A stretch of DNA of 64,000 bases, taken from Thermoplasmata archaeon. GTDB lineage: Archaea; Thermoplasmatota; Thermoplasmata; Lutacidiplasmatales; UBA184. Positions within the stretch are counted from its first letter, which is position 1. Every line of letters begins with the position of its first letter. The translations under genes were made by a program, and so were the position numbers. This document shows, piece after piece, positions 38,057 to 47,339 of the stretch. The stretch lies in assembly GCA_049584655.1 (NCBI GenBank), contig JBAUYF010000038.1:5524-69523 (forward strand), given 5' to 3'. A model generated the notes under the pieces. The model saw only the letters and a list, made by a program, of their open reading frames with translations. It was not told the DNA's origin and made no database searches.

Positions 38057-38829
38057 CGGCGAGTCAGATCCAGGGTCTGTACATCCGAGAGCTGACCCGG
38101 CTGTATCGCAACCCCGCAGTGCTGATCATGACGTTCGTGCAGCCATTCATGTGGCTGGCGTTCTTTGGGAGCAGTTTTTCGGGTTTGTCCACGGAGGAGT
38201 TGGACCAGTTTTTTCACACCAACGCGACGAACTACATTCAATTCCTGTTGCCTGGCGTACTCGCGACCTCTCAATTAACGATTGGAATGTTCGCGTCAAT
38301 GAGCACGATTCAAGACAAGCGATTTGGCTACATGAAGCGCATTTTGCTTACCCCCACGGCGAAGGGGACGGTCTTCTTCTCGAAGGTTTTGGGAGCGACC
38401 ACTCGGGGTCTGATCCAGATCCCGATCATGGTCGGAGCTGCGCTAGCGTTCGGGGTTCGGTTCCCAACGGATCCGGTCCTGTGGCTGGGGTGGATCGCCA
38501 CGCTGTTCTTGTTGGGGCTCGGGTTCACCTCGCTTTTCATGGCCGTCACGGCCTCGAGTACCGACTGGCAGACCCCGGGCGTCGTCTCGAACTTCATCAC
38601 CATGCCACTCATGTTCTCGAGCGCGGCTCTCTTCCCACAAGCGAACTTTCCGCAGTGGATGCTCTTGATCTCCCACGTGAACCCGATCACCTACGCGGCG
38701 CTGTTCGGCCGCGCGTTCGTGCTGGGCAATCCGGTCAACTGGACGTACCTAGGCTATGTCGGGATATTCGCGGTAACGATGCTGGCTATCGGCACGCTCG
38801 TATCGGAGCGGTGGCTCAAGGTCGAGTAG
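38053..38829 (+). CDS. ABC-2 family transporter permease
   Basis: 258 aa with 6 TM helices. GTGA start/stop overlap with the ATPase. Confidence 0.75.
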   Translation: MTASQIQGLYIRELTRLYRNPAVLIMTFVQPFMWLAFFGSSFSGLSTEELDQFFHTNATNYIQFLLPGVLATSQLTIGMFASMSTIQDKRFGYMKRILLTPTAKGTVFFSKVLGATTRGLIQIPIMVGAALAFGVRFPTDPVLWLGWIATLFLLGLGFTSLFMAVTASSTDWQTPGVVSNFITMPLMFSSAALFPQANFPQWMLLISHVNPITYAALFGRAFVLGNPVNWTYLGYVGIFAVTMLAIGTLVSERWLKVE

Positions 38830-38835
38830 AGGAGA

Positions 38836-39419
38836 GTGATCCGAGTGGCGCGTTCCGACCTTGGGGCGAGCAAGACCGTCAATGAACGCCTCCACCGAGA
38901 ACAGATACCCGGCCTTGCTCCGCAGTTCGCCAAGCTCTATCACCGAAGCTTCGAGTCGGCGACCCATCCACCCTCGGCGCAAGACGAAGCCGCATTCATC
39001 CCGACGTTAGACCTGCATGCGAAACGCGAGGGTTTCGACCTTGTCGGTGGGCGTGAAGGGGACTCGGGTGACCTCATCGGTTTCGTCTACGGCTATCGCA
39101 GTGCCCCGGGTCAGTACTGGAATGAGAAGGTTACCGCGCCGCTCCCACCGAAGTTGCGGAAGCGGTGGTTCTCCCACGCTTTCACATCCCCGTCCTGGCG
39201 GTAATGCCCGAATATCAACGGCGCGGGATTGGGAGCGCACTCCTCGAACACTTGTTGACGGCTCGAACCGAATCGACGGCGGTATTGACGACGCTCCAGG
39301 ACGATCGGCGCGCGGTGGAATTCTATCGCCGGCAAGGGTGGTCGGTGCTGCTCTCCGACTTTCAGTTCGGAGCACAGACCCCGCGGTACTTGCTTTTGGG
39401 ACGTCCGCTACGAAGCTGA
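38836..39419 (+). pseudogene. GNAT N-acetyltransferase split by a frameshift (or an assembly indel)
   Basis: Frame 1 (38836-39204) encodes the N-terminal half (...GDLIGFVYGYRSAPGQYWNEKV). Frame 3 (open from 39116, tracked ORF start 39165, ends 39419) carries the acetyl-CoA motif VVLPRFHIPVLAVMPEYQRRGIGSALLEHLL...AVEFYRRQGW. The switch lies in about 39115-39165. Confidence 0.45.
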
Positions 39420-39456
39420 ACCCCCCGCGGTCGACTAGGCCAAATAATCGACCGAC

Positions 39457-39948
39457 GTGCGCCGACTGTTGACGCCCCGACCATCCACGCGCCGCTCATC
39501 CGAACGACGGCCCACCGAAGCGCTTCCACCGGAACCTACGGCTCCGTCCGCGGGCTATCGGTCCGTTTCGGAACGGACCGAAGAGCTGGGCGAGGCTCTT
39601 GAAGAAGCGTGCCAGCATGTCGCGCAAATGCCAGAGTTTCGGGGAGTTTCGTTGGGGATCCTCGAGCCCATTTCGATGCGTGAACTTGCCCCGGGGGCGC
39701 TGGGTTGGCACTGCGAAATCCGACTCTCCGCGACGGGCACCAATTCGACGTTGTATCTTGTTTTGAGCCCCCGTGGAACGAAGGCCGAGAGTTCACTGAC
39801 CGGAGTTCATCCGAAAGAGATTGCGTATCGGCATGCCCTGGATGGCGAAGTCGGCGTCGAATTGCTGGTTCGATCGAGCGCGGCGCGCGATCTCCCACGA
39901 CTGCGAAGCGTGGCGGATGCGATCCGCGTCGAGCTGGAAGCCGAGTAA
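39457..39948 (+). CDS. Hypothetical protein
   Basis: 163-aa ORF with a basic, Pro-rich N-terminus. No recognisable domain. Confidence 0.3.
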   Translation: MRRLLTPRPSTRRSSERRPTEALPPEPTAPSAGYRSVSERTEELGEALEEACQHVAQMPEFRGVSLGILEPISMRELAPGALGWHCEIRLSATGTNSTLYLVLSPRGTKAESSLTGVHPKEIAYRHALDGEVGVELLVRSSAARDLPRLRSVADAIRVELEAE

Positions 39949-40031
39949 CCACCTCAATTGCATACGGTATTCAGATACACCGGCCGAGGCGTTGAAGTAG
40001 CGGCGGGATCCCACTAGCCCGAGGATCGCCG

Positions 40032-41000
40032 ATGACGGAGCTTTTCGAATTCGCGTTGATCGCCGTTGCGTTCGGTTTCGCCTTCAGCATCGGCGCCCAC
40101 TACACCGGTGCGTGCATGGGTATGCCGTACGCGGCCCGCGCGATCCGGCTCGTCCCTGCGCTCCTCGTGATGGCCCCTCTCGCCCTCGCCGGCGCGGTCC
40201 TCGCGAGCGAGCGTGTCGAAACCACCGTGGGGCACGGCATCCTCGGCGGAGGGACGATTCTTATCCCCATGGCCCTCGCAATCGTGGGTTCCGCGTTCGC
40301 GCTGACCCTCGTCTACAACTTCGTCCGACTCCCGACCTCCACGATCCAGATCTTCGTATTCTCGGTCATCGGCGCCGGCGTCGCGCTGGGCTTTCCGGTC
40401 CTCTGGGGAACGATCGGCGTCCTGCTTCTCCTCTGGGCGACGGCCCCGTTCGCTGCGTTCGCGCTCGGCTACGTCACATTGCGGATCTGGGACTCTCGAC
40501 GCGCATCGGGAAGCGCCCCGGCTTCCCTCGGACGATGGGCGGGGTTCGGGCTTGTGACGGTCGGGGCGGTCGCCTCCTTTGCGATGGGCGCGAACGACGT
40601 CTCGAACGCCTCCGGATCTCTCGTGATGACGGGACTGTTCTCTCTCCTGGTGGCGGGTGCGATCGGAGGCCTAGGACTGGCCCTCGGCGTTCTCACGTGG
40701 GGGCGGCCGCTCCTCGATCGTGTCGCTTTCGATATCGTGAAACTGGACACTCGGATGGCCACCGCCGCGCAGTTTGCCCAGGCCGCCGTCATCCTCGCCT
40801 CGGTCGGCTTCGGCTACTTCACCTCTATGAATCAGGCGCTCGTCGGCGCCCTCATCGGAGTTGGCGTGGCCCGCCGCCAAGGGAAGACTCAATGGAAGAC
40901 GATCCGGGAGATAATGGTGGGATGGGCATTGGGTCCGGTGTCCGGGTTCACGCTGGCTTTCGTGGTCGCGTGGGGATTCCGAACGGTCGGGTGGATCTAG
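40032..41000 (+). CDS. Inorganic phosphate (or sulfate) permease, PiT/PHO4 family
   Basis: FAMGANDVSNASGSLV is the PiT GANDVxNA signature. The first repeat is degenerate (FSIGAHYTGACMG). About 10 TM helices. Confidence 0.7.
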   Translation: MTELFEFALIAVAFGFAFSIGAHYTGACMGMPYAARAIRLVPALLVMAPLALAGAVLASERVETTVGHGILGGGTILIPMALAIVGSAFALTLVYNFVRLPTSTIQIFVFSVIGAGVALGFPVLWGTIGVLLLLWATAPFAAFALGYVTLRIWDSRRASGSAPASLGRWAGFGLVTVGAVASFAMGANDVSNASGSLVMTGLFSLLVAGAIGGLGLALGVLTWGRPLLDRVAFDIVKLDTRMATAAQFAQAAVILASVGFGYFTSMNQALVGALIGVGVARRQGKTQWKTIREIMVGWALGPVSGFTLAFVVAWGFRTVGWI

Positions 41001-42190
41001 GACGGTATCCGCGCTGGATTGGATTCGTGCGGTCGCAGCTCGGCGGCCTCCGGAGCAGGGAACGGCACCCCGATGAGGCCCAGCGATACCGAATCGGACG
41101 CGATCGCGCGGTCCAGACCGACCTCGGCGATATCGGTCGTATACGCGGCGGTCCGTTCGAGCGATTGCAGGAGGAGTCCGAGGGAACTGATGGATCGAGG
41201 CGATAGCTGGGAGGAAGCGCTGCGTGCGAGGAACCGCTCGGTGAGAGTCGAATGCGTGGATCGCAACGCTTCGCCGGTATCGATGACCTCGTTGGCGCGG
41301 GCGGCGCTCGGATGTTCCGTGACCTCAAATGCCGCGACCAGGCTGTCGAGCACCTGGCCGTGGTAAGCACTCAGGGCTCGGAGCATGGCATTGGGGATCT
41401 CCTCCTGGCGTAGCGCCTGGCCCCATAGCGCGATCGTGACCGCATGGTCGGCGATCCGCTCGAGGGAGCGAGCCAGTAGCAGTGAATCCACCGTCTCTTC
41501 GGACGGTCGGTCCGGAGCTTCTGCCGCCGGACCTTCGAGGAGTCGCAAGGCGAGCACGCGCTCGATCGTCCACGCGTGACGGTCCACTTCATCGTCTCGC
41601 AGCTCGAACGGTTCGGCGGTGATGGATGCGCCCGGCTCCCAAGCCGCTCCGGCGTCGCGCTGCATGCGGACGACCAACTGGAACATTCGGTGCAAGAGCT
41701 GGGGGATCGAAATCTGTGCGCCCCGAGATACGTCGCGCAGCACCAGCTCTTCGCCTTCGTCCGAAACGACTTCGGGTTGGGCCGTGCGTCGCGCGAACGT
41801 CCGTGCCACCTGGCGGGTTTCTGCCGAGATCCCTCCGGGTTCTCGGAGAACGAACTCGTTGGCACCCCGTACATAGGCGCCGATGAGGCGGCGGAATAGG
41901 TGTTCGGAGGAAGTTCGGGGTTCGACGGGCAGAATGACTCGTAGGCTCGACGCGTCGCTACGGCCGTCGCGGACGAGGATTGATCCGTCTCCGAGGCGCC
42001 GCAGCCGGACGGCACTTCCGGGCGCAAGCCCGCGGTCTCCCATCCACGCGCGTGGCAACGAGACGCCCACGGTGACCGCCCCCATCCGTTGGAGGAAACG
42101 GGTCGTCTCTTGGGTCGGCTCGGGCGGCGTTCGGCTTCGACGTCGGGGTGGGTTGATCGTTACCAGAGGCTCGTGGGTCGGGGTCGTCAT
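40997..42190 (-). CDS. PhoU-domain phosphate uptake regulator with an N-terminal AbrB/SpoVT-like domain
   Basis: Two PhoU repeats (LERIADHAVTIA; ERTAAYTTDIAE). The N-terminal VGVSLPRAWMGDRGLAPGSAVRL is a swapped-hairpin-like segment. Confidence 0.7.
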   Translation of the reverse strand: MTTPTHEPLVTINPPRRRSRTPPEPTQETTRFLQRMGAVTVGVSLPRAWMGDRGLAPGSAVRLRRLGDGSILVRDGRSDASSLRVILPVEPRTSSEHLFRRLIGAYVRGANEFVLREPGGISAETRQVARTFARRTAQPEVVSDEGEELVLRDVSRGAQISIPQLLHRMFQLVVRMQRDAGAAWEPGASITAEPFELRDDEVDRHAWTIERVLALRLLEGPAAEAPDRPSEETVDSLLLARSLERIADHAVTIALWGQALRQEEIPNAMLRALSAYHGQVLDSLVAAFEVTEHPSAARANEVIDTGEALRSTHSTLTERFLARSASSQLSPRSISSLGLLLQSLERTAAYTTDIAEVGLDRAIASDSVSLGLIGVPFPAPEAAELRPHESNPARIPS

Positions 42191-42301
42191 CGGAATGGGA
42201 ATGGGTCCATCAGAATATATAGAATTCTTAATGAGAATATATTTTGATACATAGGAATAGATAGTGACCGCCGCGTCAGGGGAGCGGTCCCATCGGGCGA
42301 C
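42191..42301. promoter_or_regulatory. AT-rich promoter region of the phoU-like gene with duplicated GAATATAT elements
   Basis: CAGAATATATAGAATTCTTAATGAGAATATATTTTGA has two GAATATAT copies 24 nt apart. On the minus strand these read as TATA-like boxes. Confidence 0.4.
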
Positions 42302-43222
42302 CTAGGTTGTGGCGGGCAGTTCGCGGGCAAAGGCGCTCAGCATCGCCGCTGCATTCGGGAGATTTCGTTGCGAGAGCTGCTCGACGTTGACGCCGAGGGG
42401 AATCGTGATTTCTTGGGAGCGTACTCCCTCGCAAAGCTTAGACCAGATGCCGAGGGCATGCTTGATCGACCTCGCCCCCGCTTCGGACTCTTCCCCCTCA
42501 AGGATCGACCGTTCGGCTTCCTCGGGAAAGTCCCCGCCGAGCCACCGGATGAACTCGGCATCTGTCTCATCTCCGATGGGCGCGAGGCTCAGGAGCACGG
42601 TCGCGGGTTTGAGGCCGGATTGTCGGCAGAGGAGGTCGTAGTCGTGCAGCATCTTGAGGACGCTCTCCGAGTCGAACACGATCTGCGTGGTGAAGTAGGT
42701 GGCTCCCGCGCGGACCTTGGCGAGCATTCGGTGGGCCTCCCCCGCGCGTTGCGGGATCGCAATATTGCCGAGCGAACCCCCCGCACCCTGCAGGACCGAT
42801 CGACATCGGGCATCGGCCTCGATAACGGAGGGGCCCGGATACGGAATGTATCGGCTGCTGCCGCCTACGAGGATGGCGTGCTTCAGGCCGCGCCGTACCG
42901 TCTCCTCGGCCCAGGCCCCGACGCTGTCTAGGTCAGGCAAGTGCGCGACGACCTTGTTGACAATCGCTTCGCGTCCCGTTCGCTCCTGGATCTTCTGACC
43001 GAACGCGCGAATGTCGCCGGAGCGATAGTAGGGCTGTCCATCGTGGTTCTCGTCGACGAGCTCGGGAATAATCACCGCATCCACGCGGGGGACGTTCTGG
43101 ATCAGTTGGACGAGCGACTCGAAGTGGTGTTCGGCGCGGGCTGGGTTCACCCGAGATCCTTGGGGAACGGGCTCGAAGAGGAGCGGCGTGGCGCGGACCG
43201 CTTCCAACCAGGACCTTCCCAT
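42302..43222 (-). CDS. metF: 5,10-methylenetetrahydrofolate reductase family protein
   Basis: MTHFR TIM-barrel pattern with ...AGATYFTTQIVFDSE... The start was moved to the ATG at 43222 (MGRSWLEAV). Confidence 0.65.
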   Translation of the reverse strand: MGRSWLEAVRATPLLFEPVPQGSRVNPARAEHHFESLVQLIQNVPRVDAVIIPELVDENHDGQPYYRSGDIRAFGQKIQERTGREAIVNKVVAHLPDLDSVGAWAEETVRRGLKHAILVGGSSRYIPYPGPSVIEADARCRSVLQGAGGSLGNIAIPQRAGEAHRMLAKVRAGATYFTTQIVFDSESVLKMLHDYDLLCRQSGLKPATVLLSLAPIGDETDAEFIRWLGGDFPEEAERSILEGEESEAGARSIKHALGIWSKLCEGVRSQEITIPLGVNVEQLSQRNLPNAAAMLSAFARELPATT

Positions 43223-43351
43223 CGCTGCGCGCTCCCTCTCGGACTGAACGTTGGCCCGAGTCCTCCTGCGATATGAGGTTTGACCGAACTTCGTCCTTGC
43301 AAGCAGCGCAATACGCTGACTCGAGAGGAAAACCTTCCCGGGCACCGCGAG

Positions 43352-44233
43352 TCAAAGATCGACGGGTTTCGATTCCGAAGCCGGAAGCCGGAATAATTCC
43401 CGGGCGTTCCCACCGAGGATTCGCTCCTTCTCGTCCTCGGCGACCGGTAACCCCGTAACAAGTCGAACCGAAAGCTCGAGCGACACGAGCGGCCAGTCCG
43501 ACCCGAAGAGGACTCGGCGGCTGTCGCCGACCGTCAAGAGCAGTCGCTCGAGTTCCCGCTGGGTCTGCTCGAACATTGCGCCGAAATAGCGAAGGCTCGG
43601 ATGTCCGAGAAGTCCCGACGTATCGGTGTAGACGTTAGGGTTCTTGTAGACGATCTCGGCCGTCTCCGAGATCCAAGGATTTCCGAGGTGGCAGAGGACG
43701 AATCGGACGTCGCGGTAACGCACCGCGACTTCGTCCACTTCGATCGGACGTGCGTACTTGACGAGCCCGTCGGGAGCGAGGGTGTCGCCTTGATGGAGGA
43801 GCACGGGTAGATTTCGTCGATGGGCGAACTCATAGAACGGGTCGAGCCGCCGGTCGTACGGATAGAACGGAAAGTAGCCGGGAAACAGCTTGAGCGCCGC
43901 GAGTTCGGGAGCCTTTTCCCAGAGCCCGATCGCATGCGCGATCGACTCTTCTCCTAGCGTCGGGGAGGTACTCGCGACCGGCCGGAGACGACCGTGGCTG
44001 TGCGTGAGTTGTTCCTGACCCTCCTTGAGTGCCGCCTCTTGGCTCGGAACGAACGCATACGGGATCGAAAGGGCGTAGCCAATGCCGTGGTCGTCCATTT
44101 CCTGGAGGAGGCTCCCGACCGAGTTAACGAGATCCGTACGGTAGAGGGCGTTCGGTTGCTTCGGCCAGTAGTCGGTGCGGTGGACGTGCGCGTCGACTCG
44201 CGGCCCGAAAGCTGGCGTCGTAGCCGACAGCAC
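43352..44233 (-). CDS. Amidohydrolase-2 family metal-dependent hydrolase (TIM barrel)
   Basis: VDAHVHRTDYWP...VLLHQGD...VLCHLGNPW...LFGSDWPL are the metal-ligand motifs of PF04909. Confidence 0.7.
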   Translation of the reverse strand: MLSATTPAFGPRVDAHVHRTDYWPKQPNALYRTDLVNSVGSLLQEMDDHGIGYALSIPYAFVPSQEAALKEGQEQLTHSHGRLRPVASTSPTLGEESIAHAIGLWEKAPELAALKLFPGYFPFYPYDRRLDPFYEFAHRRNLPVLLHQGDTLAPDGLVKYARPIEVDEVAVRYRDVRFVLCHLGNPWISETAEIVYKNPNVYTDTSGLLGHPSLRYFGAMFEQTQRELERLLLTVGDSRRVLFGSDWPLVSLELSVRLVTGLPVAEDEKERILGGNARELFRLPASESKPVDL

Positions 44234-44295
44234 GGACTACGCACGGATAATCCATCGCGTGGGGCCGGCGGGATAGTTGATATGTTCCGTTCGCC

Positions 44296-45816
44296 GTGGA
44301 GCGGGCGCTGGTGGTGGTAGACGTGACCGACCCCGCCCGATGGTTGAGCTACCCGGATGCTCCACGCATTGTACACCCACCCCCCGGCCCGCGATCGAAA
44401 GCGCTGCTCGCCCGCCAATCCGAATGGGAGACCGAGGCCGTCACCTATCCGCGGAATTTTCCGATCGCGATTCAAGCGGCTCAAGGGGCCACGGTCGAGG
44501 ATGCGGACGGCAACCGCTTCATCGATTGGATGAGCGGTATCTCGGTCCTCAACCTGGGGCACCGCCACCCGCGATTGACCAAGGCGCTCGAGACCCAGGC
44601 GGCTCGGGTCTGGCACGCCCTCGAGCTGCCGACCGAGGCCCGTGTGGCCTTCCTCGAGGAGCTCCGAGGCGCGTTGCCCGGACGTTTGCGCAACCACGCG
44701 CGCGTCTTGTTCACAGTCACGGGCGGCGACGCCATTGAGACCGCGGTCAATCTGGCAGATTACGTGCAGCATCGGACCGGGACCGTCGCCTTCTCGGGGG
44801 CGTATCACGGCGTCCACGGGGGCGCTGCGAATCTCACCAGTGGGAAACGGTTCCATCAGACGACCTCGTTCCACGGAGGGTCCATTGTCCGGGTACCGTA
44901 CCCCGACCCGTATCGACCGCTCCTGGATTCGGACGACACGACCGCGGGAACCCTACGGTACTTGGAACACCTCATCTCGGACCCGTACTCCGGCGTCGAC
45001 AGCATCTCTTCGGTGTTGGTCGAGCCGATTCTCGGTGAGGGAGGCTACGTGATCCCGCCGCCTGATTTCCTCCCGGCCTTGCGTGAGTTTTGCGACCGCC
45101 ACAACCTGCTCCTGATCTTCGACGAGGTGCAAACCGGCCTGGGCCGGACGGGGAAGATGTGGGCGGCCGAGCATTCCGGCGTGACGCCCGACATCCTGTG
45201 CGTGGCGAAGTCGATCGGCGGTGGGCTTCCCCTCTCCCTCGTCGCGTATCGAGACGACCTTCCCGTCCAACTACCGGTCGGCTTTCACTTGGGAACTTTC
45301 CGCGCCAATCCCCTCGCCCTCGCCGTGGGGACCGAGGTACTGCGGACCCTGCGCGAGGAGGATTGGATCCCCCGGGTCGCCCGACGGGGCGCCCAATTGC
45401 TGGACCAATTCCGAGAGATCCAACGGCGACATCCTACCATCGGGGACGTGCGCGGACAGGGGTTCATGATCGGTCTCGAATTCGTCCACGACCATCGGAA
45501 GCGCCTGCCGTGGGGGGATCGCGCGAAGGCGATGCGGCACGAACTGTTCGTGCGGGGCGTCCTGATGCATACGTGCGGCCCGTTCGATCAGACGCTTCGG
45601 TTCATGGCGCCCCTCGTCATCGAAGATGAGTTGCTCGAGCGAGGTCTCGCAGCGTTCGAAGAATCGGTGGCTTCGCTGGATGGAGTTCCCTCGGTCGGCG
45701 CCCGGCATCGCCCGTCCCCCGCGACGATTCCGGGACCGGAACCTTACACCTCCCGGCTGCCGGCCCCTGTTCACCCGATCCCGGCGCCCATTCCGCCGGG
45801 CCGGACGCTACCGTAG
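44296..45816 (+). CDS. Class III aminotransferase (4-aminobutyrate / omega-amino acid aminotransferase-like)
   Basis: PLP lysine in ILCVAKSIGGGLPLS, DEVQTGLGRTG and GGYVIPPPDFL. Pro-rich C-terminal tail. Confidence 0.85.
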   Translation: MERALVVVDVTDPARWLSYPDAPRIVHPPPGPRSKALLARQSEWETEAVTYPRNFPIAIQAAQGATVEDADGNRFIDWMSGISVLNLGHRHPRLTKALETQAARVWHALELPTEARVAFLEELRGALPGRLRNHARVLFTVTGGDAIETAVNLADYVQHRTGTVAFSGAYHGVHGGAANLTSGKRFHQTTSFHGGSIVRVPYPDPYRPLLDSDDTTAGTLRYLEHLISDPYSGVDSISSVLVEPILGEGGYVIPPPDFLPALREFCDRHNLLLIFDEVQTGLGRTGKMWAAEHSGVTPDILCVAKSIGGGLPLSLVAYRDDLPVQLPVGFHLGTFRANPLALAVGTEVLRTLREEDWIPRVARRGAQLLDQFREIQRRHPTIGDVRGQGFMIGLEFVHDHRKRLPWGDRAKAMRHELFVRGVLMHTCGPFDQTLRFMAPLVIEDELLERGLAAFEESVASLDGVPSVGARHRPSPATIPGPEPYTSRLPAPVHPIPAPIPPGRTLP

Positions 45817-45839
45817 GTGGGACTTGTGTTCCGACCGCA

Positions 45840-47324
45840 TTAGGGTGCGTAGTTGACCGTGATCAACTTGACCTCGGTCATCTCTTCCATCGCATAGCGA
45901 ACGCCCTCGCGTCCGAGCCCGCTTTCCTTGATCCCCCCGAAGGGGAGAGCATCCCAGCGAAGGTTCGTGGGATCGTTCAAATGAACGGAACCCGCTCGGA
46001 TGCGTTTGGCGAGGCCGAAGGCGCGCTTCAAGTCGTTCGTGTAGACGGTCGCTTGGAGCCCGTACGGAGTTCCATTGGCGATCCGGATCGCCTCATCGTC
46101 GTCCCGGAACCGTAGAATCGGAGCGATCGGGCCGAACGGCTCCTCGCGGGCAACCTTCGCTTCGGGCGGAACTCGATCGATCACGGTGGGTGCGAAGAAG
46201 TTTCCCTCCCCAGGCTCACCGAGCCGCTCCCCGCCGGCAAGGATCGAGGCGTTGCGGTCGCGGGCATCCTGAACGAAACCATCGAGACGGTCGAGAGCGG
46301 CTTCGTCGATCAACGGACCGACCTGGGTGCTCTCTTCGAGCGCGGGGCCCACTTTGAGTCGGCGTACACCTTCGACCAACGCACGAGTGAACGGCTCCGC
46401 GATTCCATCTGCGACCAGCAACCGCTTGGACGCAGTGCAAACCTGACCTGAATATCCGAATACGCCACGGATGGCGGCCGGAACCACGGTCGCGAGGGGG
46501 GCGTCCTCGAGAATCAGAAAAGGGTCCATCCCCCCCATTTCGAGAATGGTTCGCTTCGCGTGGCGGCCGGCTTTCTCGGCGATCCCCTTTCCGACCTCGG
46601 TGGAACCGGTGAATGTCACGAGTCGGGTCTTCGGGTGCTCGACGAGGGCATCGCCAACCGAGCGCCCCGGCCCGATGACGACGTTGAGGACGCCCGCAGG
46701 AATGCCGGCGGCCTCCGCATGGTGCGCCAGCCGCAGGGCGGTGAAAGGTGCGGCGCTGGTGGGTTTGATGACCACCGGATTTCCCGCGGCGAGCGCGGGC
46801 GCCACCTTGTGAGTCAGCAGATTCAGCGGGAAGTTGAACGGACTGATCGCGACCACGACTCCGATCGGGTCCCGAGTGGTAAACAGAAAGCGCCGCTCGT
46901 TGCCGACGGGGTAAGGATACGCGTCCGCCGGGAAACTCTCCCCGGTCAAGTGTCGGATCTCCTCGGCGGCGAGCCGGAACACGCCAACGGCGCGCTCCAC
47001 CTCGGTCCGACTCTCGACGATCGGTTTGCCGACTTCGGAGGCGATCAGACGCGCCATGACCTCGGAGTCGGCAGCTAGTCGACCCGCGATTGCTTGCAAG
47101 AGCCGGGCTCGCTCATGCCCGCTGGTCGACCCCCAGCGATCTTCGACGCCGGCGGCCGCGTCGACCGCCGCTGCCGCGTCCGACGCATCGGCCAGCGCGA
47201 CCTCCCCGAGGATCTTCCCAGTCGACGGGTTCCGCAGCGGCTGATAGAGTCCCGTAGAGGGAGGCCGCCAGCTTCCCCCGATAAACAGGGAAGCCCGGCC
47301 ATCGGCCGGAATTCCTTCGAGCAT
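45840..47324 (-). CDS. NAD(P)+-dependent aldehyde dehydrogenase
   Basis: 494 aa. Catalytic Cys in GQVCTA and the ELGG motif. Confidence 0.9.
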   Translation of the reverse strand: MLEGIPADGRASLFIGGSWRPPSTGLYQPLRNPSTGKILGEVALADASDAAAAVDAAAGVEDRWGSTSGHERARLLQAIAGRLAADSEVMARLIASEVGKPIVESRTEVERAVGVFRLAAEEIRHLTGESFPADAYPYPVGNERRFLFTTRDPIGVVVAISPFNFPLNLLTHKVAPALAAGNPVVIKPTSAAPFTALRLAHHAEAAGIPAGVLNVVIGPGRSVGDALVEHPKTRLVTFTGSTEVGKGIAEKAGRHAKRTILEMGGMDPFLILEDAPLATVVPAAIRGVFGYSGQVCTASKRLLVADGIAEPFTRALVEGVRRLKVGPALEESTQVGPLIDEAALDRLDGFVQDARDRNASILAGGERLGEPGEGNFFAPTVIDRVPPEAKVAREEPFGPIAPILRFRDDDEAIRIANGTPYGLQATVYTNDLKRAFGLAKRIRAGSVHLNDPTNLRWDALPFGGIKESGLGREGVRYAMEEMTEVKLITVNYAP

Positions 47325-47339
47325 CGGCGTTGCGCCCCT

